Assembly (NCBI GenBank): GCA_032085455.1
Contig: DAMDKS010000012.1
Span: forward strand, 31,869-95,868
DNA from: Oceanobacillus sp.
Lineage (GTDB): Bacteria > Bacillota > Bacilli > Bacillales > Amphibacillaceae
Reading direction: 5' to 3'
Length of the DNA: 64,000 nucleotides
The notes below the pieces were generated by a model. That model did no database searches. It saw only the letters and a list, made by a program, of their open reading frames with translations, and was not told the origin of the DNA. How positions within the stretch are numbered: the first letter of the stretch is position 1; each line of letters starts with the position of its first letter. Both the position numbers and the translations under genes were made by a program. Positions 10,095 through 19,181 of this stretch are shown here, piece by piece.

Positions 10095-11069
10095 ATGGGC
10101 AAACATCATGCAGTAGTCATTGGGAAATTGCAGGACTCTTTAATTGAGAGATTACAAGAACAATGCGAAATAAAAATATGGGATAAATCAAGCAAAATCC
10201 CGCAAAGTTTATTAATAGACTGGTTACAAGATGCAGAGGGATTAATCAGCAGAGGGGATATAGCAGTGAATGAATCGCTGCTATCCCAAGCACCGAATTT
10301 ACGTGTGGTTGCGCAGTCTTCAGTGGGATATGACAATATTGATATCGATGCCTGTACAAACCATTCCATACCTGTTGGAAATACTCCGGGAGTTTTAGTG
10401 GAAGCAACTGCTGATATAGCGTTTGGCTTATTGCTTAATTCTGCCAGGGGGATTCATGAAGGCTGGGAATATGTAAAGACAGGAAAATGGGGCAGCTCCA
10501 GCCAATTTCCATTAAAAGTCGACCTGTATGGAAAGCACTTGGGGATAGTTGGAATGGGGAATATTGGAAAGGCTGTTGCGAAAAGAGCGCAGGCAAGTGG
10601 AATGAATATTTTATATCATAATCGAGCGCCACGAGAAGAAAATGATAAGCTAGGCGCAACGTATGTCTCATTTCATACCTTGTTGGAGAAATCTGACTTT
10701 ATCCTTGTTCTTGTTCCGTTAACAGAGCAAAGCCGTGGACTTTTTGGCAAAGAGCAATTTGCGAAAATGAAGTCAACTTGTCATTTTATAAATACATCAA
10801 GAGGAGCTGTGGTGAATATGGATGCGCTTTGTGAGGCACTTGTAAATAAAAAAATTGCATATGCTGCACTAGACGTGACAGACCCTGAACCTATAAACAT
10901 GGAGCATCCAATAATGAGTCTGGAAAACGTATTAATTACCCCTCATATTGGTAGTGCTACTCATGAGACTAGACTGAGAATGGCCACCTTAACAGTTGAT
11001 AACTTGCTTTCTGGTTTGAATAGAGAGAAACTCCTAACTTGTGTAAACGAAGCAGTTAATAATAACTAA
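10095..11069 (+). CDS. D-2-hydroxyacid dehydrogenase (glyoxylate/hydroxypyruvate/2-ketoaldonate reductase-like)
   Basis: GIVGMGNIGKAVAKRA (GxGxxG), FINTSRG, ALDV and ITPHIGSAT are present. The ATG at 10095 lies 7 nt after GAAGGAG. Confidence 0.85.
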   Translation: MGKHHAVVIGKLQDSLIERLQEQCEIKIWDKSSKIPQSLLIDWLQDAEGLISRGDIAVNESLLSQAPNLRVVAQSSVGYDNIDIDACTNHSIPVGNTPGVLVEATADIAFGLLLNSARGIHEGWEYVKTGKWGSSSQFPLKVDLYGKHLGIVGMGNIGKAVAKRAQASGMNILYHNRAPREENDKLGATYVSFHTLLEKSDFILVLVPLTEQSRGLFGKEQFAKMKSTCHFINTSRGAVVNMDALCEALVNKKIAYAALDVTDPEPINMEHPIMSLENVLITPHIGSATHETRLRMATLTVDNLLSGLNREKLLTCVNEAVNNN

Positions 11070-11324
11070 CTTAATGAACAGACCGAGCATAGATCAAGTA
11101 ATTTAACAGGCTGGAGTCCTTTGGCAAGGCTCCACCCAAGCCTTCAATAGTGAGTTTTAGTAAATATGATTTCTTGGACTGTTCCTTTTTACCTTCATCA
11201 ATAATACGGCAATTTCCCCCCTTTCAATTTCTATTAAATGTGTAAATAAGCGTTTCTTTGTGTTAGAATCAGTCTTAGTTATCGTGAATTCCCTCAGTAT
11301 GTTTTTGTGTTTTAGTCAATCTAA

Positions 11325-11900
11325 ATCAGGATACTTGAAACCCATCTGAATATGCAAGCAAGAAGAGCGGGACATATCATTGGAGCTGTTATGTTTTTTA
11401 TTGAAACGAATGAGGAAAGTCTCCTTGTTACTGGAGACATATCATTTGGCGGTGCACGAACTATTCTAGGAGCCAAAGTTCCACAAAATATTCGTCCTGA
11501 CGTGGTGGTTATGGAATCCACATATGGTAATCGTCTGCATACGGATCGTAATACAGAGGAAAAACGTCTAGCAGGAAATGTTGCTGTTACTGTTGAAAAT
11601 GGCGGATTTGCCTTGATCCCAGCCTTTGCTCTAGGGCGTGCGTAGGAAGTACTCCTGATTTTACAAGATTATATGAATAAAGGATTAATTCCAACCTTTC
11701 CAATATATGTAGACGGTTTGGTAACACCAGTTACAGAAGTTACCTTCATTATCTGAAAAGACCTGTTGCCGATCGGATTCGAACGAGTGGGGATGCATTT
11801 TTAACAGAAGGACGTTGTATTACTGGTTACCAGGATGAGGAAAGGGAGGATTCGCTGCTACAAGCTAATATTCTAAAGAAGATCTGGCATCGATCCACCC
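11325..11900 (+). pseudogene. MBL-fold / beta-CASP metallo-hydrolase remnant
   Basis: AGHIIGAVMF...LLVTGDISF...PDVVVMESTYGNRLH...GGFALIPAFALGRA is followed by an in-frame TAG where GRAQE is expected, then EVLLILQDYMNKG... The HxHxDH N-terminus is missing and further stops and frame changes occur downstream. Confidence 0.55.
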
Positions 11901-12081
11901 GGCTATAGTTCGTGATTGAACAACAATCCATCCTCCTACTGCAGCCCAACCCATACCTATAAAGCCTTGAGTACGTGCTTGTGGATTTCCTTGTGCTGTA
12001 GATAAACGGATACCTGCATGGATTAAACAAACTAAAAAAACGAAAGCAATTATCAGTATTTTTTTGTTGTTTGCTACTCAT
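11865..12081 (-). pseudogene. Small (about 71 aa) two-TM protein readable only across a 1-nt frameshift in an A7 run
   Basis: ATG at 12081 gives MSSKQQK. After the A7 tract (plus-strand T7 at 12059-12065), the reading continues in another frame as ILIIAFVFLVCLIHAGIRLSTAQGNPQARTQGFIGMGWAAVGGWIVVQSRTIAGWIDARSSLEY-stop. The total length is 217 nt (3n+1). Confidence 0.35.
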
Positions 12082-12125
12082 GTGGATTGAGTTACCAACC
12101 ATTCTTCAATAGATACATTTAAAGC

Positions 12126-12485
12126 TTATCCTATATAATCTTTGTATTGATAAAGCATGGAAATAAAAGTAAAAATAGTAAATACAAGAGAAGTGATAAA
12201 AGATGGACCCACTGAAAATTCAAATTTATAGTGTTCCTTCCCTTTAATCCCCGTTGACCCTTGAATGGAACTATCCATATTTCGTGTAGTGAGTCCCCCC
12301 TTTGAAGTGAAAAACCAAATAGTTATCGTACACATTGCTCCAACAAAAAATGCGTAATCGAAGAATCCTGAATTTGTAAAATACGATATTCCCAAGCTTA
12401 AAAGAATTAACACTAGTAAAGTAATTAAAACACTTGAAAAGACTTTCACAATTAAACGACCTTCCTCGTTTGATTTTTTTGACAT
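12126..12485 (-). CDS. Hypothetical small membrane protein (about 3 TM)
   Basis: 119-aa ORF with hydrophobic segments. I did not recognise a family. Confidence 0.55.
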   Translation of the reverse strand: MSKKSNEEGRLIVKVFSSVLITLLVLILLSLGISYFTNSGFFDYAFFVGAMCTITIWFFTSKGGLTTRNMDSSIQGSTGIKGKEHYKFEFSVGPSFITSLVFTIFTFISMLYQYKDYIG

Positions 12486-12629
12486 TTAAATAGTAACAGG
12501 TTTAGCAACTTACAATTTTTACTTAAATAAGAAAACGGAAAAATTAAAGACATAGATCAAGTTTCATATACTTAGCTTTAAAAAATTCATTCTAATTTCT
12601 TGTTTAGAATAAAGCGATTTCCTTTTATT

Positions 12630-13604
12630 TTACTTTTTAATCTTTTTTATTTTTCCGTTTATATACCTGTTCTCAAGAAAAACTTCTTCTATTCCTTTAG
12701 TCATTAACTTGAATGCCAAAATAACAAATGTAAAGGAAATAGCTACACTTAAAAAGATCCAGGACCAACCGCTTAAATGGTTAAACCCGTTACCAATCAT
12801 GCCAGACCATTCACTGGATACAGAAATATATGCATCTTGAGTATCATCCAGTTCGTACACTCTTGTTCCACCAAATAATAAATGAAAAAATCCAAGGTGA
12901 ATCAATAAAACCAATACCCTAGTAGTTTCCTGTGTAAACTGAATGAGTAAAAGTGGAATCATATGTGGTAGCACATGCTTATGAAGGATATGTAAACGAC
13001 TCCCTCCAAGTACTTTTGCCGATGTTATAAATTCTGATTTATAAATTTGGTTGAATTGGTTTCCAATCAACAAAGAGGTCGTTGGTATTGCTACTATAGT
13101 TAATACAAAAAGCTGGAACATCATTTTTTGTAATATACTATATCCATCCACTTCACCATGTGCAGTCCAAAGTACATCATACAAAAGAATAAAACAAATA
13201 AGAGCAGTAGGTATGAAATAAAATCCATTTACTAAACCGCCAATATATCGATTCAATTTGGGCAGGTAATTTTCAAAAAACAAACCAATAATAGCCGAAA
13301 GTAACACCCTCAGACCGGCAACAAGTACAGCAATAGCTATAGTGTATTTTGCTCCTTGTATTAATAATACTAAAATATGCCTTCCTAACTCGTCCGTACC
13401 AAGTGGCGGTACTTCGAGAGGATTAAATGGAGCAATCGATACAATGGTCCCTTCGCGATCTCTTAAGATATCTGTAACTGGAATCTTCCCTTGAAAAAAG
13501 ATGGTGTGAATAAAACTGGCAGTTAGTAATGAAAACAGAAACATAAAACCGGATAAAAACAGTGGATGCTTAAATAGATTCTTTATCATAGCTTTAGTAG
13601 TCAT
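12630..13604 (-). CDS. ABC transporter permease, OppC/DppC-like
   Basis: 324-aa polytopic protein. The EAA-loop-like motif SAKVLGGSRLHILHKHVLPHMIP is present. Confidence 0.72.
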   Translation of the reverse strand: MTTKAMIKNLFKHPLFLSGFMFLFSLLTASFIHTIFFQGKIPVTDILRDREGTIVSIAPFNPLEVPPLGTDELGRHILVLLIQGAKYTIAIAVLVAGLRVLLSAIIGLFFENYLPKLNRYIGGLVNGFYFIPTALICFILLYDVLWTAHGEVDGYSILQKMMFQLFVLTIVAIPTTSLLIGNQFNQIYKSEFITSAKVLGGSRLHILHKHVLPHMIPLLLIQFTQETTRVLVLLIHLGFFHLLFGGTRVYELDDTQDAYISVSSEWSGMIGNGFNHLSGWSWIFLSVAISFTFVILAFKLMTKGIEEVFLENRYINGKIKKIKK

Positions 13605-13607
13605 AAA

Positions 13608-14465
13608 TTAAATCTCCACTTGTTTACCAGTTGTATTTTCTATCACGATCTGCATGGATGCCTGTATCATATAAATAGGAATAAACATGATTAACAATCC
13701 TATTGCTAATATATGTGATGAACTATGTAGTATGAACCGCATTAATCCATCTATATTGAGAGCATATTCAATCATAAGTAGATTAGATAGCATAAACCAG
13801 ATAATAGACTTAGAATGTAGAAAAATATTGATAACTGCATTACGTAATACATGGGAAAATAGTATGGAATAAGTCGACATTCCTTTGGATTTTGCAATAT
13901 CAACATATTGTTGAGACATTTCTGCTTCAAAATCATAAATCATTGTTTGATAGAAAAATATTGTCGGTAGAATGGAAAGAACAATAATTGGTAAGGCAAA
14001 TATTTCGTGATCACCAAAAGATGCAATACTAAAAAATGGTAGATTCGTATGTTTACTGATGAAAATAGCACTCAATATCGAAAGACCAATCACAAGTACA
14101 TCTGGAATGGACTCGCCAACAAAAAGAACTATCCGGATGACTTTACGTATTTTCTTTGAAACAATCATCGTGATAAAAGTTAAACCAAGGGCCAAAAGAA
14201 AAGAGATAATAAAGGAAGCTAAAAGAAGAATCATAGAATATCTCCATTGTGACAAAATTCCCGGAAATAAGGAATAGGTTGTTTGGAAATGTTCATATGT
14301 TATTGCTGTTGGCTGAAGCAAGCTTGAAATAACAGACCCTACTTCGGAGAGATAAGAAGAGAAATCTAATTTTATTCCATTAAACAGCGCTGGGAGAGCC
14401 GAAATTAAGATAATTCCAATAAAAGTTAAAAAGAATTTCGAGGAAATTCGGTAGTATACATTCAT
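13608..14465 (-). CDS. ABC transporter permease, OppB/DppB-like
   Basis: 285-aa polytopic protein. The EAA-loop motif IAKSKGMSTYSILFSHVLRNAVIN is present. It is coupled to the downstream permease. Confidence 0.72.
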   Translation of the reverse strand: MNVYYRISSKFFLTFIGIILISALPALFNGIKLDFSSYLSEVGSVISSLLQPTAITYEHFQTTYSLFPGILSQWRYSMILLLASFIISFLLALGLTFITMIVSKKIRKVIRIVLFVGESIPDVLVIGLSILSAIFISKHTNLPFFSIASFGDHEIFALPIIVLSILPTIFFYQTMIYDFEAEMSQQYVDIAKSKGMSTYSILFSHVLRNAVINIFLHSKSIIWFMLSNLLMIEYALNIDGLMRFILHSSSHILAIGLLIMFIPIYMIQASMQIVIENTTGKQVEI

Positions 14466-14934
14466 TTTTCGTCCTCTCTTTCACACTAATATTTAATAAT
14501 GGACTATAGACTATTAAGAAACATATTAAGCTACATCATTCATTGAAGCAAAGTAAAACCATCTTATATTTTAATAATAAAATATTTAATTGTCTAGTAT
14601 AGATTAAACGAGTACATTCTACATTGTTAAATTATAAAATTCCATTAATACATTCTAAAGATTTGGAAGGGAAAATACCTGGATATCCCTTAATAATGTT
14701 AATAGATACTGAGTTAAAAATAATTAATCACTCTATTGGAGGAAACCTTTACGTCATTAATAAAATGATAAATAATTATCGAAATATGTATAAAGGTAGT
14801 TAGGAATTGTTAATGTAAAAAAAGAATGGGTAGCAACATTTAATGCTTCGTAGTTTAGCGAACTAAGCGCTGTTGAATGAGGACTTACCTAAAACTTCAT
14901 AAAGCACATCAAATATAATATTAAAATCTAAAAT

Positions 14935-15160
14935 TTAAATAGACAGTCCTCTCTTCGCAGTTGGATGGTCTTCCTGATAAACAGAAGGAGCAAAAACATC
15001 TTCTTCCATATACGGCTGAATAAGTGGAAGATGTCCAAGCACTTTTGTTTTCAGTACTTCTGCGAGCTTCTTGCTGCCGCCTTGACCGAAAACATACTCT
15101 TTTTCACCAGTAACTTTAACTTTAAAAGTATGACATGTTTTCTATAATTTCATGATCTGT
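14935..15160 (-). pseudogene. Mrp/ApbC-type Fe-S cluster carrier ATPase, C-terminal remnant
   Basis: The minus-strand reading IIENMSYF, then a frameshift, then KVKVTGEKEYVFGQGGSKKLAEVLKTKVLGHLPLIQP... matches the Mrp/SalA C-terminus. The ATPase core is absent. Confidence 0.55.
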
Positions 15161-15231
15161 TTTCAATGCCATTTGCCCCGAACGGCTACAGCAGCAAATG
15201 CTGCTGTTGGATATGGTGTCGTTGCACATAG

Positions 15232-15917
15232 GGGGAAGAATTAGCACTCCATGCTAAGAGGATGTTAAAGGAGCAAGAAAAGGTTGCCGAAAAAATCAGT
15301 AACATGAAAAATGAAGTTGCTGGTACGATAAGTGTTGGGGTTTCCAACTTTTTTGCTTTAAATAAAATGCCTAAATTATTGCGTCTTTTCCAGGAAAAAT
15401 ACCCTAATGTTGAATGTCAAGTCATCACAGGATGGAGCAGTGAGATACACCGTTTGATTTTAAATCACGAGGTACATATTAGTGTTGTTAAAGGGGATTA
15501 CCCTTGGAAGGAAGAAAAGGAATTACTTTATGAAGAAGAAATTTGTGTCTTCGCCTTGGGATTTTACTTGGGAAGAGCTACCGACACTTCGACGAATTGA
15601 TTATTTAACAGATGAATTGATGAAATATTGTTGATAATTGGTGGTATCATCATTACAGTCAAAACCCTTATATTAATATTCAAGTGAACCAAGTTGAAAC
15701 ATGTAAGGAAATGGTAATAAATGGACTTGGCTATGCCATTTTAGCAAAATTAGTTGTCCGTCCTTATCCAGAATTATTTGTAAAACCCATCCATGACGCG
15801 TTTAATAAGCCGATTACACGAAATACATGGATGTATTATCACGCTGACTCTTTGCAGCTAAATATCGTTAGCGCTTTTATCAATTTTATTCAAACTTTGG
15901 ATGTAAAGACATTATAG
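15232..15917 (+). pseudogene. LysR-family regulator remnant (HTH lost, at least 2 frameshifts)
   Basis: GEELALHAKRMLKEQEKV...GTISVGVSNFFA... is the co-inducer domain. The reading jumps frame near 15560 (DFTWEELPTLRRIDYLTDELMKY) and near 15625 (DNWWYHHYSQNPYINIQVNQVETCKEMVINGLGYAIL). There is no N-terminal HTH. Confidence 0.7.
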
Positions 15918-16113
15918 TATTTGTTTAAAAACGTAAGGAATTTAAACAATCCTTAACCATAAGTCCCTTAAACACCCATAATCCATTAAAATGACAGAAA
16001 ATCACATTTTTAGAGCTTTGCTATAAAATTTCATCTAATTTATGATACTTCTTATCGGTCGTAAAAATATGTCTGATAATAATTTAAATATGGAAAAGGA
16101 GTTTTTAGGATTT

Positions 16114-17025
16114 ATGGAATCACTATGGAAAAAAGGGCTTATTTATATAAGTATGAGTATTCTTGTATTCTTAGGCGCATGTCAGGGAGAAGCTGACAGC
16201 AGCAATACTGAAACAAAAGAGGAAGAAAATAATGCAGCTGCTGATCTAAAAGAAATTGTAGGGATTGAGCCTGGATCCGGGACAATGAATATTGCAGCTG
16301 AAACAGTTGAAGCATATAACTTGGACTTAGAGTTATTACCAAGCTCCGAACCAGCAATGCTGACAGAATTGCTAGGAGCACTTGAAAAGGAAGAACCAAT
16401 TGTTGTTACATTGTGGCAGCCGCATTGGATGTTTAGTGAGTATGATTTAAAATTCCTGGAGGATCCGCAAGGCACATTAGGTGAAGCGGAAAACATTCAT
16501 ACCATGGTAAGACATGGCCTTGAGGATGACCAGCCATCTGCATACCAGTTTTTAGATAACTTTTACTGGGAAGTAGACGATATGAATGAAGTAATGGCGA
16601 AATTTGGACAAAGTGAGGATGTTGAGCCAGGCGAAGCAGCAGAAGAGTGGGTTGCTGATAACCGTGATAAAGTGGAAGCTTGGATAGAAGGCGTTGAGCC
16701 CGTTGAAAATGAGACATTTGAATTGGGTTATGTGAACTGGGAAACAGAACTTTCCTCAGCAAACGTAATTACCTTAATGCTTGAAGAATTAGGTTATACA
16801 GTAAAAATGACACCATTAGATATGGGAATTGCATTTGAAAGTCTGTCATTAGGAGAAATCGATGGAATGGCTATTGCCTGGCTACCTGTAGGTGCGGCTT
16901 CCTATGCTGAGCAATATAAAGATGATATCGTTGATTTAGGACCAAACTTAGAAGGCGCGCAACAAGGATTTGTTGTACCAAGCTATATGGACATTGATAG
17001 TATTGAAGAGCTGCCAACCAAATAA
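16114..17025 (+). CDS. Glycine betaine/compatible-solute ABC substrate-binding lipoprotein (OpuAC-like), orphan
   Basis: Lipobox VFLGAC. IVGIEPGSGTM, TLWQPHWMFSEYDLKFLEDP and GEAENIHT parallel B. subtilis OpuAC. The start at MESLWKK was chosen because it gives a proper signal peptide. Confidence 0.8.
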   Translation: MESLWKKGLIYISMSILVFLGACQGEADSSNTETKEEENNAAADLKEIVGIEPGSGTMNIAAETVEAYNLDLELLPSSEPAMLTELLGALEKEEPIVVTLWQPHWMFSEYDLKFLEDPQGTLGEAENIHTMVRHGLEDDQPSAYQFLDNFYWEVDDMNEVMAKFGQSEDVEPGEAAEEWVADNRDKVEAWIEGVEPVENETFELGYVNWETELSSANVITLMLEELGYTVKMTPLDMGIAFESLSLGEIDGMAIAWLPVGAASYAEQYKDDIVDLGPNLEGAQQGFVVPSYMDIDSIEELPTK

Positions 17026-17043
17026 TAAATGATTATAGAAGTG

Positions 17044-17087
17044 CCACAGGAATAGGGTTTGCAGCCAGTGTTCCTGTGGTTTTTTTA
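17044..17087 (+). terminator. Rho-independent terminator
   Basis: CCACAGGAA ... TTCCTGTGG stem followed by T7. Confidence 0.75.
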
Positions 17088-17231
17088 TGACTTTCGTTAC
17101 GCTCAATTTATCTTTCCATTTGAAATAATAAAAAGGTTTTGGAATAATGTAATTCAATAACTAGTGATGCTAGATTGGGGAATGCCGCTGCAATAGAATT
17201 AAAAAGCGTCTTTTCAAAAAAATGATGAAAG

Positions 17232-19160
17232 GTGTGTGACGTATTGAAGATTCAAATAAAAGGAGATATTTCACCAATTATAGAAGGATTAAGTGAGCTG
17301 CAAGCGGAATATCATTTTAACTTATCCGATAAAGCTGATATTGTGCTCACCTGCAAGCAGCAAACAAGCAATGAAAAATTGCATATTATGTACAAAAATG
17401 GTGAAGGGACTATAGGCTATCGTCAAGCCAATCACTTTTTTAGGGCGTTTGGCATTTTTTTGGAACAGCTGCAAAAAGGGGAAAGTCATTTTATCATAGA
17501 GGAGACACCGCAATTTAAAACAATTGGTCCAATGCTTGACCTTTCCCGAAATACTGTAATGAAATTAGAAACATTCAGTGAGCTAATTCGAAAGCTGGCG
17601 ATAATGGGTTTTAATTCTGCAATGCTTTATATGGAAGATACGTATGAAATAAAGAATGAACCTTACTTTGGGTATTTGCGGGGCAGGTATTCTCAGGGAG
17701 AGTTAAAAGCAATGGATGATTATGCGCATCAATTTGGCATTGAACTGATTCCTTGTATTCAGACTTTGGCACATTTGGAGGAGTTTTTAAAATGGGATGC
17801 AGCATCCGATTATAAAGATACAAAAGGCGCATTGCTGCTGGAAAGCGAGCGGACGTATGAACTGTTGGAGAATATGATTGGTTCGGTTACAGGTCCTTTT
17901 CGGAGTATGCAGATTCATATTGGAATGGATGAAGCGGAAGAAGTGGGGCGTGGGCGATTTTTAAATCAACACGGTTATCAATCGCGTTTTGAATTAATGG
18001 TCAATCATCTGAAAAAAGTATTGCAAATCACAGATCAATTCGGACTTGAAGCAATGATGTGGAGTGATATGTTTTTAAAACTGGCATCTGAGACAGGAGA
18101 TAACTATAGTAAGGAAACGAAATTACCGGATTATATTCTCGAACAGGTCCCGAATAATATTCAATTGATGTATTGGCAATACAATTCTGCTGATATAAAG
18201 CATTACGATCAAATGTTTAAACAGCATAAAAAATTTGAAAAGATGCCTGCATTTGCAGGAGGAATGTGGATTTGGAACAGTTTTGCACCAAATTATCATC
18301 TTTCATTGACAGCGAGTCAGGCAGCATTAACTGCTTGTAAAGCAAATGATGTGGAGGATATTTTTATAACACTTTGGGGTGACGATGGGGCAGAGAATAA
18401 CGTCTATAGAGCCTTGCTCGGTTTACAATTTTATGCAGAGCATGCTTACTGCAATGATGTTGCTCAAGAAAAGCTAAAGGAAAGGGCAATGTTTTGTACA
18501 GGAGTGGATGCAGAATTATCGCTTTTACTCAATGAATTGGATACACCTCCAGGCGTAGAGCAGGGTAATTTGGAGCAAACAAATCCCTCAAAGTTTCTGC
18601 TTTGGCAGGATGTGCTGCTTGGTGTATTTGATAAGCATGTAGAAGGACACGACTTACAAACACACTATGAAGCTCTCGGAGAGAAAATAAGAAAACAGAG
18701 GAAAATGCATCCTTCGAAATGGGATTTTATTTTTGAAGTGCCAGAAAAGCTTTGTCATGTATTGGCAATCAAAGCTACTATCGGTGTGGAATTAAAGCAG
18801 GCATATGACAGTGGAAATCATAAAGCACTTGAAATGCTCGCAAACACACAGCTTCCAGAGCTTATCACTCGAGTGAAGAAACTTCGAGAAGCCCATCGCG
18901 ATGAGTGGCTGCATATGAATAAACCGTTTGGCTGGGAAGTTATTGATATTCGCTACGGAGGACTTGTGAATCGCCTGGAAACGGCAATGAAAAGAATCAA
19001 TGATTATTTACAGCATCGCATTGAATCTATTGATGAATTAGCACAGGAACGCTTGTATTATTCTGCACGTGCTGCAGCTTCCAGTGGCTTAGGGTGGTGC
19101 AGTTATTATTACCGGATGGCTACACCAAACGCGTTCTTCCATATCCTTCCAATACATTAA
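17232..19160 (+). CDS. Glycoside hydrolase family 20 (beta-N-acetylhexosaminidase-type), cytoplasmic
   Basis: 642 aa with no signal peptide. LDLSRN...MLYMEDTY...YFGYLRGRYSQ.E...CIQTLAHL and the catalytic-type motif HIGMDEA (HxGxDE) are present. The exact start is uncertain (a TTG at 17244 is possible). Confidence 0.78.
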   Translation: MCDVLKIQIKGDISPIIEGLSELQAEYHFNLSDKADIVLTCKQQTSNEKLHIMYKNGEGTIGYRQANHFFRAFGIFLEQLQKGESHFIIEETPQFKTIGPMLDLSRNTVMKLETFSELIRKLAIMGFNSAMLYMEDTYEIKNEPYFGYLRGRYSQGELKAMDDYAHQFGIELIPCIQTLAHLEEFLKWDAASDYKDTKGALLLESERTYELLENMIGSVTGPFRSMQIHIGMDEAEEVGRGRFLNQHGYQSRFELMVNHLKKVLQITDQFGLEAMMWSDMFLKLASETGDNYSKETKLPDYILEQVPNNIQLMYWQYNSADIKHYDQMFKQHKKFEKMPAFAGGMWIWNSFAPNYHLSLTASQAALTACKANDVEDIFITLWGDDGAENNVYRALLGLQFYAEHAYCNDVAQEKLKERAMFCTGVDAELSLLLNELDTPPGVEQGNLEQTNPSKFLLWQDVLLGVFDKHVEGHDLQTHYEALGEKIRKQRKMHPSKWDFIFEVPEKLCHVLAIKATIGVELKQAYDSGNHKALEMLANTQLPELITRVKKLREAHRDEWLHMNKPFGWEVIDIRYGGLVNRLETAMKRINDYLQHRIESIDELAQERLYYSARAAASSGLGWCSYYYRMATPNAFFHILPIH

Positions 19161-19181
19161 ATGAAAGGAACTTATAAAAAT

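Noticed and set aside
11827-12102. 91-aa minus-strand ORF as given in the track
   Set aside because: After MSSKQQK the translation is Cys/Arg/Ser-rich and implausible. An alternative frame gives a coherent membrane peptide (see the finding at 11865-12081).
14965-15147. 60-aa plus-strand ORF
   Set aside because: It is the shadow of the minus-strand Mrp/ApbC remnant (KVTGEKEYVFGQGGSKKLAEVL...).
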